A stretch of 64,000 bases of DNA from Candidatus Thorarchaeota archaeon (GCA_004524445.1 SDNP01000005.1:1-64000); one strand, 5' to 3'. Numbered from the stretch's first letter, positions 48,242 through 58,131 are shown. The notes: generated by a model not told the origin, from the sequence alone. Translations and numbers: made by a program.

Positions 48242-50419
48242 GTGAACCATATGCTTTCACACGAAGAATTTGAACATGCAAAGGCAGCTCTTGGAAGAGA
48301 ACCCACGAAAACAGAGCTCGCCATGCTTGATGTTCTCTGGTCTGAACATTGTTCATACAAAAGCAGCCAGAAATGGTTCCATCTATTCAAGACGGATGGT
48401 GAGAATGTCTATCTTGGAACTGGAGAAGGAGCTGGCCTCGTAGACCTAGGTGATGGTTTCCTGCTCGGAGTTGCAATGGAATCACATAATCACCCCAGTC
48501 AAATAGACCCATTTAATGGAGCTGCAACAGGAGTGGGAGGCATCATAAGAGATGTTATTTCACAGGGATGCAAAGCCATCGGTCTCATGAATTGCCTTCG
48601 TTTTGGGACATTGGAAAAGCCCCGAAATGCGTATCTCTTAGAGCACGTAGTCAGGGGAATTTCGGTATATGGGAATAGTGTAGGGATTCCTACAATCGGG
48701 GGAGAAGTACAATTCGATGATTCTTATGACGGCAATTGTCTGGTAAATGTGGTATGTGTGGGAACAGCCAAAGCCGACCGAGTAGTTAGAAGCTCCGCAA
48801 AAACACCCGGACATAATCTTGTGCTTTTTGGCTCGACAACCGGAAGAGATGGAATTGCCGGTGTGAGCTTCGCCTCTATTGCTTTCTCTGATAACGAGGA
48901 GGAAAATAGAGCAGCAGTTCAAATTGGAGACCCATTAGCAAAGAAAGTGGTTATTGATACACTGGAGGAACTCGTATCTGAGAGATTACTAGATGGCCTT
49001 CAGGATTTCGGTGGAGGAGGGCTAACTTCAGCGGCAGGTGAGATGGCATCAAGAGGTGGAACTGGAGTCAAGATTGACATTGATAGAATTCCATTGAGAG
49101 AAGCAGGGATGGAATCTCATGAGATAGTGATTTCTGAATCGCAAGAAAGAATGCTTGCCGTGGTAGCTCCTGACAATTTGGAGAGAGTCCTAGAAATTCT
49201 CGAAAAGAATGAAACGACTCATGCAGTAATTGGACAGGTTACAGATGACGGAATCTTCACAGTTCTTGAGGATGGCGAAGAAAGAGCAGCGTTACCCATC
49301 GAGCTCCTTGTGAAAGGATTTCCGGAACCGGATAGGTCCGTTGCAAATTTACCAACGAGAACAAGAGGCATGGCATGGCTGAAAGAACCAGACGATTACA
49401 AGGAATTTCTTCTTGAGTTCTTGGAAGACTTAAATATCTGCGACAGGTCGTGGATTTTTGAGCAGTATGACCAACATGTACAGACCAATACTGTAGTGGA
49501 TATTGGTGAAAATGCTGGTGTCCTTGAGTTGCCATTAGGGAAATTAGTGGCCTTTTCCACTGACTGTAATTCGTTTTGGTCACTTCTAGATCCCCATAGT
49601 GGAGCCGCAAACTCTGCTTGTGAAACCATGAGAAATCTAGTTTGCATGGGCGCTCGTCCAATTCTAATTGCAGATTGTCTCAACTTTGGGAATCCAGAAC
49701 GTCCAGAATCATATGCACAGTTCGTTGAGGCTGTCAAGGGCCTCGGGCAATTTTCACATGACTTCGATATCCCCGTTGTTGCTGGAAATGTTTCACTCTA
49801 TAACGAAAGCGAGGAAAAGGGCGAAATTCATCGGATAAATCCCACCCCCCAGATTATGATGGCAGGAGTGTTCGATAATGGAATTCGTCCAATAGTCAGC
49901 AATTTGGCTATGCCATGGGCATCACTCTATCTCATTGGCGAAACACATGGGGAACTGAACGGAAGTGCATTTCAGCATCATGTTATTGGCGAAGTCAAAG
50001 GTCTTCCTCCCAGATATCGTCCAAAGCAGGAAAAAGTGGCAATGGAAGCAGTACTCGATGCACATAGTAATTCGGTCATAAGATCATGCAATAATGTAGG
50101 GAGAGGGGGAATAGCGATTTCATTGATGAAAATGCTATCTCGTAGCGAATATGGCTTCAAAGTGGACCTGGAGGGTACGGATGATGGACAGAAGGGTTTG
50201 TCAGAAATCCTATTCTCTGAAACGCCTGGGCGATACATAGCAGAGGTTACTGAGAGTAATCAGGAGCAGTTCCTGGCAATAATGGATAAACACGAGGTTA
50301 GCTACTCCGAATTGGGTCTGACTACTCCAAATCCAATTGCCGATTTTGGTGTCTTTAAGGTGCCTGTAGTTGAAGCTAGGCAAAGATATCGGAGAGGAAT
50401 CAGAAAATACATGTCATAG
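48242..50419 (+). CDS. purL: FGAM synthase large subunit (small-type PurL)
   Basis: WSEHCSYKSS, ESHNHPS, GAATGVGGIIRD, TGRDG, SESQERM, QYDQHV, DCLNFGNPE, GNVSLYNE. Confidence 0.97.
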   Translation: MNHMLSHEEFEHAKAALGREPTKTELAMLDVLWSEHCSYKSSQKWFHLFKTDGENVYLGTGEGAGLVDLGDGFLLGVAMESHNHPSQIDPFNGAATGVGGIIRDVISQGCKAIGLMNCLRFGTLEKPRNAYLLEHVVRGISVYGNSVGIPTIGGEVQFDDSYDGNCLVNVVCVGTAKADRVVRSSAKTPGHNLVLFGSTTGRDGIAGVSFASIAFSDNEEENRAAVQIGDPLAKKVVIDTLEELVSERLLDGLQDFGGGGLTSAAGEMASRGGTGVKIDIDRIPLREAGMESHEIVISESQERMLAVVAPDNLERVLEILEKNETTHAVIGQVTDDGIFTVLEDGEERAALPIELLVKGFPEPDRSVANLPTRTRGMAWLKEPDDYKEFLLEFLEDLNICDRSWIFEQYDQHVQTNTVVDIGENAGVLELPLGKLVAFSTDCNSFWSLLDPHSGAANSACETMRNLVCMGARPILIADCLNFGNPERPESYAQFVEAVKGLGQFSHDFDIPVVAGNVSLYNESEEKGEIHRINPTPQIMMAGVFDNGIRPIVSNLAMPWASLYLIGETHGELNGSAFQHHVIGEVKGLPPRYRPKQEKVAMEAVLDAHSNSVIRSCNNVGRGGIAISLMKMLSRSEYGFKVDLEGTDDGQKGLSEILFSETPGRYIAEVTESNQEQFLAIMDKHEVSYSELGLTTPNPIADFGVFKVPVVEARQRYRRGIRKYMS

Positions 50420-50420
50420 G

Positions 50421-51863
50421 ATGAGAAGGATGCTGGATGTACTCATTGTTTCGGGAAGCAAGAGCGATAACGAGATTGTCAAGAAAGTAACTGATACTCT
50501 CACAGACCTGGGCATTAAATATGTTGCAGAAGTTGCCTCAGCTCATCGAGAACCTGAAAAAGTAAGGAAAATTGTGAAAAGCACAGGTGCTAGTGTTATC
50601 ATTGCAATAGCGGGCTTGTCGGCAGCCTTGCCCGGCTTCATAGCCTCTCTTACACCTGCGCCTGTTATAGGAGTACCTGTATCAGCTGCACTTGGGGGTC
50701 TGGATTCCCTATTATCAATAGCTCAAATGCCAAAGGGGGTTCCTGTAGCTACCGTTGGCATAGATAATGGACAAAACGCAGCACATCTTGCAGCTCGAAT
50801 TCTGAGAGCAGGAGGCGAATACACGCGTATCCCCCGCACCTATGCAGAGGCAGGAGTGGATGAGAAGGCGATTGAAGAGAGCCTCAAAATTATGGGGGAT
50901 TATGTTAGAGAATCGTTTCAAGGCAGTCTTGTCGGTCATGATTATGGACACTTCGCAAATACTGTCCAAATCAATGATGATATTTGTCTAGGTATGTCTA
51001 CTGACGGCGTAGGGAGCAAAGTATTGATTGCTCAGCTAGCAGAGAAGTTTGATACAATTGGAATCGATTGCGTGGCCATGAATGTTAATGACTTGATTTG
51101 CATAGGGCTTGATCCGATTGCATTCGTGGATTACCTTGCACTCCATAGCACCTTGCCGGCACCGATTATGGAACAAATTGGTGAAGGCCTCTTAAAGGGC
51201 TGTCAGCAATGCGGAATACCAATTCTTGGTGGCGAAACCGCACTATTGCCTGATATAATAAGAGCCGCTCAAGGAGTCGGTATGGATTTGGCAGGCACAG
51301 CAGTGGGAATATCACATCCGCATGAACTGATTGATGGTTCAGCAATAATGGTAGGAGATGCGATTCTTGGGATTCAATCCAGTGGATTGCATTCAAACGG
51401 TTTTACGCTGGCAAGAAAGGTAATACTCACTGAGTATCGAATGAATCAGCTTCTCCCTTGGGGAGAACGGGTTGATAATGAACTACTTAGACCAACGAAG
51501 ATATACGTGAATCATATTCGATCATTGAAGGAAAATGGGATAGACCTACGCGGAATAGCTCATATAACTGGAAATGCGTTCAAGAAACTGCTTAGACTGG
51601 GTAAGCACCGCTTCAGAATTCAGAGGCTACCTGATATCCCCCCCATTTTTTCTCTCATCCAGAGGATTGGTGACATTAGTAACAGTGAGATGTTTTCAAC
51701 CTTCAATATGGGTATAGGAATGGTAGTTGTGGTTCCAGATGATGAGAAGGACAACGCTCTTGAAATACTGAGAAAGCATGATGAAACTACCGCAATCGGA
51801 GTCGTTGAAGAATCAGTACAGGGTGTCGTAGATATAGAGCCATTTGGGGTGACTCTAGAATGA
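50421..51863 (+). CDS. purE-purM: PurE-PurM fusion (AIR carboxylase/mutase + AIR synthetase)
   Basis: PurE part: SGSKSD, SAHR, AGLSAALPG, PVIGVP, QMPKGVPVATV. In frame with the PurM part: TYAEAGVD, STDGVGSK, AMNVND, GGETA, SSGLHSNGF, AHITG, FNMGIG. Confidence 0.92.
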   Translation: MRRMLDVLIVSGSKSDNEIVKKVTDTLTDLGIKYVAEVASAHREPEKVRKIVKSTGASVIIAIAGLSAALPGFIASLTPAPVIGVPVSAALGGLDSLLSIAQMPKGVPVATVGIDNGQNAAHLAARILRAGGEYTRIPRTYAEAGVDEKAIEESLKIMGDYVRESFQGSLVGHDYGHFANTVQINDDICLGMSTDGVGSKVLIAQLAEKFDTIGIDCVAMNVNDLICIGLDPIAFVDYLALHSTLPAPIMEQIGEGLLKGCQQCGIPILGGETALLPDIIRAAQGVGMDLAGTAVGISHPHELIDGSAIMVGDAILGIQSSGLHSNGFTLARKVILTEYRMNQLLPWGERVDNELLRPTKIYVNHIRSLKENGIDLRGIAHITGNAFKKLLRLGKHRFRIQRLPDIPPIFSLIQRIGDISNSEMFSTFNMGIGMVVVVPDDEKDNALEILRKHDETTAIGVVEESVQGVVDIEPFGVTLE

Positions 51864-53116
51864 CCACAGTGCTCTTGGTTGGAAGTGGCGCACGAGAGCA
51901 TGCCATTGCATTGGCACTATCACGCAGCGGAGTTGATATTCGAGCACATATGCACCGCAACAATCCAGGAATTGCCTCCTTGGCTGCGAAGACAACTATT
52001 GGCGATATTACCGATTATAGAAGCCTGAGCGATATTTCCGGGGTTGATTATGCAATAATAGGTCCTGAGTCTCCAATCGAACGAGGGCTAGCTAATTATT
52101 TGGAACGACATGATGTTCCCTGTGTGGCGCCGCGTCAAGAAGCAGCGCGAATCGAAACCAGCAAGTCATTTGCACGCAGAGTCTTGGATAAAGTAGCATC
52201 TGACGCGAATCCTAGATACAAGATCGTCAACAGCATTGATGAGATGAGAGAATTCGAAAGGGAGCTGAATCTCGAAGACTTAGTTGTAAAGCCAGATGGG
52301 TTAACTGGCGGGAAAGGAGTCAAGATATATAGCGAGCACTTCTCCTCACGCGACCAATTAGAGGATTATGCAATAACACATCTCAAACAAAGAGGCGTTG
52401 TCTTATTAGAAGAACGACTAGAAGGAACAGAGTTTACTGTTCAGTGTTTTGTGGATGGGAATAAGCTTGAACCAATGCCGCTTGTTAGAGATTACAAGAG
52501 AGCATATGACTCAGATAGTGGATCCAATACGGGTTCCATGGGCGCATACTCTTGTCCAGACCATGGCCTGAATTTTGTTTCTGGAAACGACATGGCAAAA
52601 GCATTGGAAATCATGAAATCTACAGTCGAAGGCGTAAGAAAACAGACTACCTATAAATACAAAGGAATTCTCTATGGTCAATTTATGAAGACAAATGGCG
52701 GGTTAAAGGTGATTGAATTCAACGCACGGTTTGGAGACCCAGAGGCAATCAATGTGTTGTCAATCCTAGACTGTTCATTAGATGAAATCTGCCAAGGCAT
52801 AATTCTAGGCGATGTTCCCGAACCCCAGTTCCTGAACAAAGCAACAGTGTGCGTATATGTTGTTCCAGACGGGTACCCAGGTCCCTCGGCAACATCAGAT
52901 TCGCCCATCACTATAGGTGATGAAATTTCAAGCATATTGCATTATGCGTCCGTGTATGAGGAGCAAGGCAAGGTCTTCACAACCAGCAGTCGATCTCTGG
53001 CGGTATGCGGTGTTGGGGATACAATAAGTGAGGCAAGACAAATGGCATATAATGACATCAGAAAAGTTAGTGGGAATATTCGTTATCGGTCAGATATTGC
53101 TCAAGGTGTAGAATAG
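51860..53116 (+). CDS. purD: Phosphoribosylamine--glycine ligase
   Basis: GSGAREHA, NPG, IGPE, ETSK, KPDGLTGGKGV, DYKR, NTGSMG, EFNARFGDPE. Confidence 0.96.
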   Translation: MTTVLLVGSGAREHAIALALSRSGVDIRAHMHRNNPGIASLAAKTTIGDITDYRSLSDISGVDYAIIGPESPIERGLANYLERHDVPCVAPRQEAARIETSKSFARRVLDKVASDANPRYKIVNSIDEMREFERELNLEDLVVKPDGLTGGKGVKIYSEHFSSRDQLEDYAITHLKQRGVVLLEERLEGTEFTVQCFVDGNKLEPMPLVRDYKRAYDSDSGSNTGSMGAYSCPDHGLNFVSGNDMAKALEIMKSTVEGVRKQTTYKYKGILYGQFMKTNGGLKVIEFNARFGDPEAINVLSILDCSLDEICQGIILGDVPEPQFLNKATVCVYVVPDGYPGPSATSDSPITIGDEISSILHYASVYEEQGKVFTTSSRSLAVCGVGDTISEARQMAYNDIRKVSGNIRYRSDIAQGVE

Positions 53117-53193
53117 AAAGGACGTCAAAGATCACAGTTGGTAGAATTAGAGGTAATGCTTAGCCAAATTTGCATCAAAGGGGAAAAGATGGA

Positions 53194-54753
53194 ATGAATC
53201 AGGAACGTATCCTCATTGTCGATTATGGAGGACAGTATACACATCTTATCTCGAGACGCTGCAGAGAATTAGGAGTTTATGCCGAAATCGTACCACAAAA
53301 TGCGGTTTTCAAGGAGTCTCTATTAGGTGGCGTAAGGGGAGTGATACTCTCAGGTGGACCTCGTACAGTGAGCGAGTCGGATCTGAGCGAGCCATTTGAC
53401 ACGAACCAAGAAACTCTCAGAGAACAGGGTATCGGTGTCTTGGGAATCTGTTTTGGACATCAGCTCCTAGCGAAGAAATTAGGGGCAAATATTGATGAGG
53501 GGGAAAATCCCGAGTACGGACAAACGGAGATTACTCTCAGCGGAAATCCTTCCATTTTACATGGTCTCGAAAAAGCACAGCATGTCTGGATGAGTCATAG
53601 TGACCAGGTGTCAAACCCCCCAGATACAATGCAAGTTCTTGCGACAAGTAATGAAGGCCATGTCGCTGCTTTTGCTTCATCTGATAGTAGAGTCTTTGGC
53701 GTTCAATTTCATCCCGAAGTAGCACATACCCCGAATGGTATGACAGTGCTTGATGCATTTCTAAGAGATGTTTGTGGCTATCAGCACAAATGGATGCCAG
53801 AAGACCAGATACAGGAAATAACCAAACAGCTAACTGAAGAAATCGGGAAAGAGAAAGTCATCATGGGTACATCCGGAGGTGTAGATTCCACAGTTGCGGC
53901 AGTTTTACTTCAGCACGCAATTGGAAACCGGCTATTCTGTGTCTTTGTAGATAACGGTCTTCTGAGATTCGGAGAAAGAGAAGAAGTTGAAAGCGCGTTT
54001 CAGTCAATGGGTTTTGAGAACTTCATCACAGTCGATGCTGCAGATGAATTTCTGAAGAATCTTGATGGAATAATTGACCCAGAGGAAAAAAGACGAATTA
54101 TAGCGGACACATTCATAGAGGTATTTGAGCGAACAGCAGAACAATTGCGGGAAGAATATGGCGATTTCGCCTTCTTGGGTCAAGGTACGATTTATCCAGA
54201 TAGAGTAGAGAGTGCGGCCACTGGCTCAGCTACTGCTGTGATAAAGAGTCATCACAATGTGAAACTTCCAGATTGGATACGTCTTTCCGTTGTAGAACCC
54301 CTGAAGCATTTCTATAAGGATGAAGTCAGAGCTGTAGGTGAAGAACTTGGGATTCCCAGTGAAATGATATCTCGCCAACCTTTCCCAGGACCATCGTTGG
54401 CAATCAGAATTGGAGGTCCAGTTACTAAGAACCAGCTTACAATCCTAAGGCAGGCTGATAGAATCCTTCAGGAGGAAGTTAGAAGAGATTCCATTTATCC
54501 GAGAATATGGCAGTCGTTCTGCGTTCTAATACCAATACGGTCTGTGGGCGTGATGGGGGATGAAAGAACATATGACCAAGCAGTTGTATTGAGAATTGTA
54601 GAAAGCCGAGATGCTATGACCGCGTCTGTATCCCGACCAAACTGGGATAATCTGCTTAGAATTGCATCGAGGATTGCCAACGAAGTTGAGGGGGTAAATC
54701 GAGTTGTATACGATATAACCTCAAAACCGCCCGGAACAATCGAGTGGTATTAG
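53194..54753 (+). CDS. guaA: GMP synthase (glutamine-hydrolysing), single-chain form
   Basis: DYGGQYT, GICFGHQ, QFHPEV, SGGVDS, QGTIYPD, IKSHHNV, RQPFPGP, GVMGD, YDITSKPPGTIEW. Start placed at MNQER. Confidence 0.97.
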   Translation: MNQERILIVDYGGQYTHLISRRCRELGVYAEIVPQNAVFKESLLGGVRGVILSGGPRTVSESDLSEPFDTNQETLREQGIGVLGICFGHQLLAKKLGANIDEGENPEYGQTEITLSGNPSILHGLEKAQHVWMSHSDQVSNPPDTMQVLATSNEGHVAAFASSDSRVFGVQFHPEVAHTPNGMTVLDAFLRDVCGYQHKWMPEDQIQEITKQLTEEIGKEKVIMGTSGGVDSTVAAVLLQHAIGNRLFCVFVDNGLLRFGEREEVESAFQSMGFENFITVDAADEFLKNLDGIIDPEEKRRIIADTFIEVFERTAEQLREEYGDFAFLGQGTIYPDRVESAATGSATAVIKSHHNVKLPDWIRLSVVEPLKHFYKDEVRAVGEELGIPSEMISRQPFPGPSLAIRIGGPVTKNQLTILRQADRILQEEVRRDSIYPRIWQSFCVLIPIRSVGVMGDERTYDQAVVLRIVESRDAMTASVSRPNWDNLLRIASRIANEVEGVNRVVYDITSKPPGTIEWY

Positions 54754-54840
54754 CTTGCTTAGCGTGCACTAATATGCGCATGCACATTTCTGCCTTTCCA
54801 TAGAATACAAATAGACATCTACAAAAAGAAACTCACCACC

Positions 54841-55989
54841 ATGAGTGCAAGATTGGCCTATCCCTATAGTGATGCCTTACTTCAGTATGAGTTCAAGAAA
54901 TCCCATCCTCTCAAACCCGAACGACTCGCATTCACATATGAATTATCTAAGATACTTGGTCTAGTTGACCACGTAGATGTGATTGAACCATCAATAGCAA
55001 CCAGAGAAGAACTTGAACTCTTTCATAGTCCAGACTATATAGACGCTGTACTGGCATGTGAGCAGAATATGTGTACTGACATCCGACATGGATTGGGAAC
55101 CTCGGATAATCCTATTTTTCCGAAAATCTATGAGGCATCAGCAAGGTATGTAGGGGCAACTATTGATGGGATGAAAAGAATTCTTGAAGGAGCGTCAAAC
55201 GCATTTGTCATTTCGGGGGGCCTCCATCATGCACAAAGAACAGAAGCATCAGGATTCTGTGTGTTTAATGATGTCGCAATTGCAATCAAGATGCTCCAGA
55301 AGAAACGGAAGAGCAAAGTCCTCTATGTCGATATTGATGCTCATCATGGAGATGGCGTGCAGAACGCATTCTATAGGTCAAAGGAAGTTCTCACAATTTC
55401 CATGCACCAATCCGGAAAAACGCTCTTCCCGGGTACAGGTCATGTGTTCGAAAAAGGGGGTGGAGAGGGGATTGGCTACTCTGTAAATGTCCCAGTTATT
55501 CCAGGGGCATCCAGCGCTGAAATGATTGATGTCCTGAACGAAATCATTGTTCCGCTGTTTGAGTCTTTCTCGCCTGACCTATTAGTAACGCAACTAGGTG
55601 TAGATGGTCATTTTCTGGATCCATTAGCCCATCTTTCATATTCTAGCCATGGGTACGAGAGAGTGATATCGAAGCTAAGGAACATGGCAGCTGATATCTG
55701 TAGTCTAGGATGGTTGGCAGTTGGCGGAGGGGGTTATGACCCAGTAAATGTTGCACGTCTATGGTCGTTGTTTCTAGCTGTAATGCTTGATGAAGATATC
55801 CCACAAAGATTGCCTGAGGAATTCAAGACGCTCTGCAATGATGCTGGGTATACAAGATTCCCTGAAGGAATGCGTGATGAATCAGAAGTTGTTCAGCAGT
55901 ATTTTTCACGTGATGATGTGGCACTAGATTTAGAGCGTTCAATCAGAAGGGTGAAGGAACTGATATTCCCCTATCATGGCTTGGCCTAG
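54841..55989 (+). CDS. Zn-dependent histone deacetylase family protein (AcuC/class I-like)
   Basis: HPLKPER, GGLHHA, SGFC, DIDAHHGDG, FPGTG, QLGVD, GGGGY. Confidence 0.93.
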   Translation: MSARLAYPYSDALLQYEFKKSHPLKPERLAFTYELSKILGLVDHVDVIEPSIATREELELFHSPDYIDAVLACEQNMCTDIRHGLGTSDNPIFPKIYEASARYVGATIDGMKRILEGASNAFVISGGLHHAQRTEASGFCVFNDVAIAIKMLQKKRKSKVLYVDIDAHHGDGVQNAFYRSKEVLTISMHQSGKTLFPGTGHVFEKGGGEGIGYSVNVPVIPGASSAEMIDVLNEIIVPLFESFSPDLLVTQLGVDGHFLDPLAHLSYSSHGYERVISKLRNMAADICSLGWLAVGGGGYDPVNVARLWSLFLAVMLDEDIPQRLPEEFKTLCNDAGYTRFPEGMRDESEVVQQYFSRDDVALDLERSIRRVKELIFPYHGLA

Positions 55990-56531
55990 ATCGTTTCGGA
56001 GTCATTCTCCAAACGCAAATCTATCCATTTCCTAACCATTTTTGTTACAAGTTCGGAAGCGGCGGCCATTACGATTTTGTCTGCATCCTCTGAAAGAAGT
56101 GATGTGGGGTCAACACCCGACCGCGCAATCCTCAACAATGATGGGTAACAAAGGAAACCAAGTCCTTGAATAATCTCCTGAGAATCCTCACCATGAATGT
56201 CGATTTCTTTACCCAAAGCTTCAGCCGGGTCTCTCTTCGAATCAGCATCAAGTAAGTCTTCAAGAACCGCCCTTGAACCGGTTATTGTAACATCTGGCTC
56301 TATGCATTCATCAAATACATCTGCCTCACTTGAATAAAAAACGAGAGAAACTTCTTCTCCATCATCCGTGATGAAGCATATTGTGATATCAACATATGAC
56401 GGGTCAGTGCTCTGCATATAGTTGTCGAAATCCTCCTCAGTCAATTTATGGAGCCGCCTTGCCTTCTCCAAACTGACTTTCAATGCCGCCCGGCTACCAT
56501 CGACTACAGGCCCTAGGTATTCCATAAGCAT
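55986..56531 (-). CDS. Hypothetical protein, possible SCP2/sterol-carrier-like fold
   Basis: Acidic protein with EPDVTITGSRAVLEDLL...DPAEAL..EIDIHG, an SCP2-like pattern. Start placed at 56531 (ORF track extends to 56714). Confidence 0.55.
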   Translation of the reverse strand: MLMEYLGPVVDGSRAALKVSLEKARRLHKLTEEDFDNYMQSTDPSYVDITICFITDDGEEVSLVFYSSEADVFDECIEPDVTITGSRAVLEDLLDADSKRDPAEALGKEIDIHGEDSQEIIQGLGFLCYPSLLRIARSGVDPTSLLSEDADKIVMAAASELVTKMVRKWIDLRLENDSETI

Positions 56532-56713
56532 GTACTCGTTGTCGTTTATGCCATTTGCGAGTGTATTCAAGAGTTGTGCTAGATACTTCTTTCTTGGTTC
56601 ATTCAAGGCAATCACTATAAATTGCGCCAGTTTGCTTTTAGAGATACTGCCAACAACATGAAACAGCAAAGAAAGAAAAGCACGAACTGCATCATAATGG
56701 ATAGTGTCTTTCA

Positions 56714-57466
56714 ATGACTACCGATATTCATACTGTTCTTGGGTCAAATCGAATGACGACTAAACAGGTAGATGAAATGAATTTGGCTCGTCATACCGAT
56801 GTATTAGTAGATAGAATGGATACATTTGGTATTGACAGGGCTCTTTTGACCCCAATTGACCCAAATCAGGGCAATGAACTTTATCTAACTGCTGCTGATA
56901 TCTATCCGGATAGGCTATTTTCCGCTTGTACTCTTATTCCCAGGCCTATTGAAACAGCAAGAGTGAAACTAAGAAGCTATGTAGACAGAGGATGCCTTGC
57001 ATTGGTTTTAGATGAAGACCTCTATTATCCTGATGATCCAGCAACCCACGCACTCCTTCGTACAGCTATTCAGGAGGATTTGGTGATATATTTCAGGTCC
57101 TGCAAGTTGGCTGAAACAAGGAGTTTCATCGAAAGTTCTGCTAACGTATACCCTGAAGCAAAATTTGTGATACTAGAGATGGGTGGACTCTTTGGATTCC
57201 CTAATCTTATTCCTTTGCTTTCAAAACCAAATATATGGTTAGAAACATCGATCACTCTGGTAAAACTTGTGGAATCTCCGCTTCGTGTTTTTTTGGATGC
57301 ATTGATTCAGGACATGGGAGTGAACAAACTGGTTCTAGGGTCCGGCCACCATACAGAATACCCCGATATGCAGGCGGCTTTGAACATGATGGACCTAAAT
57401 TATGAACAGAACAGAATTCTCACCAAGGAGAATGCATGGGTAATATTAGGTTTGAGATTTTCATAA
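56714..57466 (+). CDS. Amidohydrolase_2-family TIM-barrel protein with degenerate metal ligands
   Basis: DIHT, MDTFGIDRA, YPDRL, YPEAKFVI.MGG, NIWLETS, KLVLGS, ENA..ILG follow the family layout. Confidence 0.75.
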   Translation: MTTDIHTVLGSNRMTTKQVDEMNLARHTDVLVDRMDTFGIDRALLTPIDPNQGNELYLTAADIYPDRLFSACTLIPRPIETARVKLRSYVDRGCLALVLDEDLYYPDDPATHALLRTAIQEDLVIYFRSCKLAETRSFIESSANVYPEAKFVILEMGGLFGFPNLIPLLSKPNIWLETSITLVKLVESPLRVFLDALIQDMGVNKLVLGSGHHTEYPDMQAALNMMDLNYEQNRILTKENAWVILGLRFS

Positions 57467-57476
57467 TATGTACCAA

Positions 57477-57824
57477 TCAGCTAAGGTCCAATATTGCTTT
57501 GTGAATGTGTTGTTCAAGTTCATCTTCTCTTGGAATCCCGATTATTCTTGTTGCACCGATGATAGTGGTTGGAAGCGCCATGATTCTTTTTTCCTCTAGT
57601 ATGCTGGGCTTATCATCGATATTGACTTCAATGACATGAAGGTGCAGTCCATCCATGGATGACTTCTCGGCTGCCTGCCTAGCTACATGCAAAGCCTGCT
57701 CGCAGAATAGACACTGATTACTTGTATAAACTGTCACATCAGTGGATGCTTCCATATTGACATTAGATCCATAAGTACCGCTAGTCTTGTTTTCGGTATA
57801 TCTTTCCATGTGCATCTTCTTCAT
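57477..57824 (-). CDS. Small thioredoxin/glutaredoxin-like redox protein
   Basis: VYTSNQCLFC (CxxC), EVNID, IMALPT (cis-Pro loop), IIGIP. The start may be 57755. Confidence 0.8.
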   Translation of the reverse strand: MKKMHMERYTENKTSGTYGSNVNMEASTDVTVYTSNQCLFCEQALHVARQAAEKSSMDGLHLHVIEVNIDDKPSILEEKRIMALPTTIIGATRIIGIPREDELEQHIHKAILDLS

Positions 57825-57897
57825 TCCTCTTTGTTGTCAGGTCTCTTTGAAGGCAGGACAATGTGACGAAGCAATTCAGGGTTCATTTGCGAGTGCG

Positions 57898-58131
57898 TCA
57901 TTCTGCAAAGGCAGGAGGTTTAAGCCGGATTTCACTTCTAATCCGGTCAATTGCTCTCAGAGGTATTGCTTCCCAACTAGACGATGCGTTTGGACGCTTA
58001 TCACGCTCCACTATAACCATGGGCCCATCGCTGCTATCAATCCAAAGTTTCTTGACCCGTCCTATGGGATAACCTCTGAAGTCAGTTACGATTTTGTTTT
58101 TCAGTAGCCATTTCATCTCATCAGTCGTCAT
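57898..58131 (-). CDS. Single-domain PRC-barrel protein
   Basis: LKNKIVTDFRGYPIGRVKKLWID...IPLRAIDRIRSEIRLK fits the PRC-barrel consensus. Confidence 0.7.
   Translation of the reverse strand: MTTDEMKWLLKNKIVTDFRGYPIGRVKKLWIDSSDGPMVIVERDKRPNASSSWEAIPLRAIDRIRSEIRLKPPAFAE

Noticed and set aside
57477-57824. KaiB-like clock protein (IMALPT...RIIG similarity)
   Set aside because: It has a CxxC motif typical of redox-active thioredoxin-like proteins, and there is no kaiC in the window.
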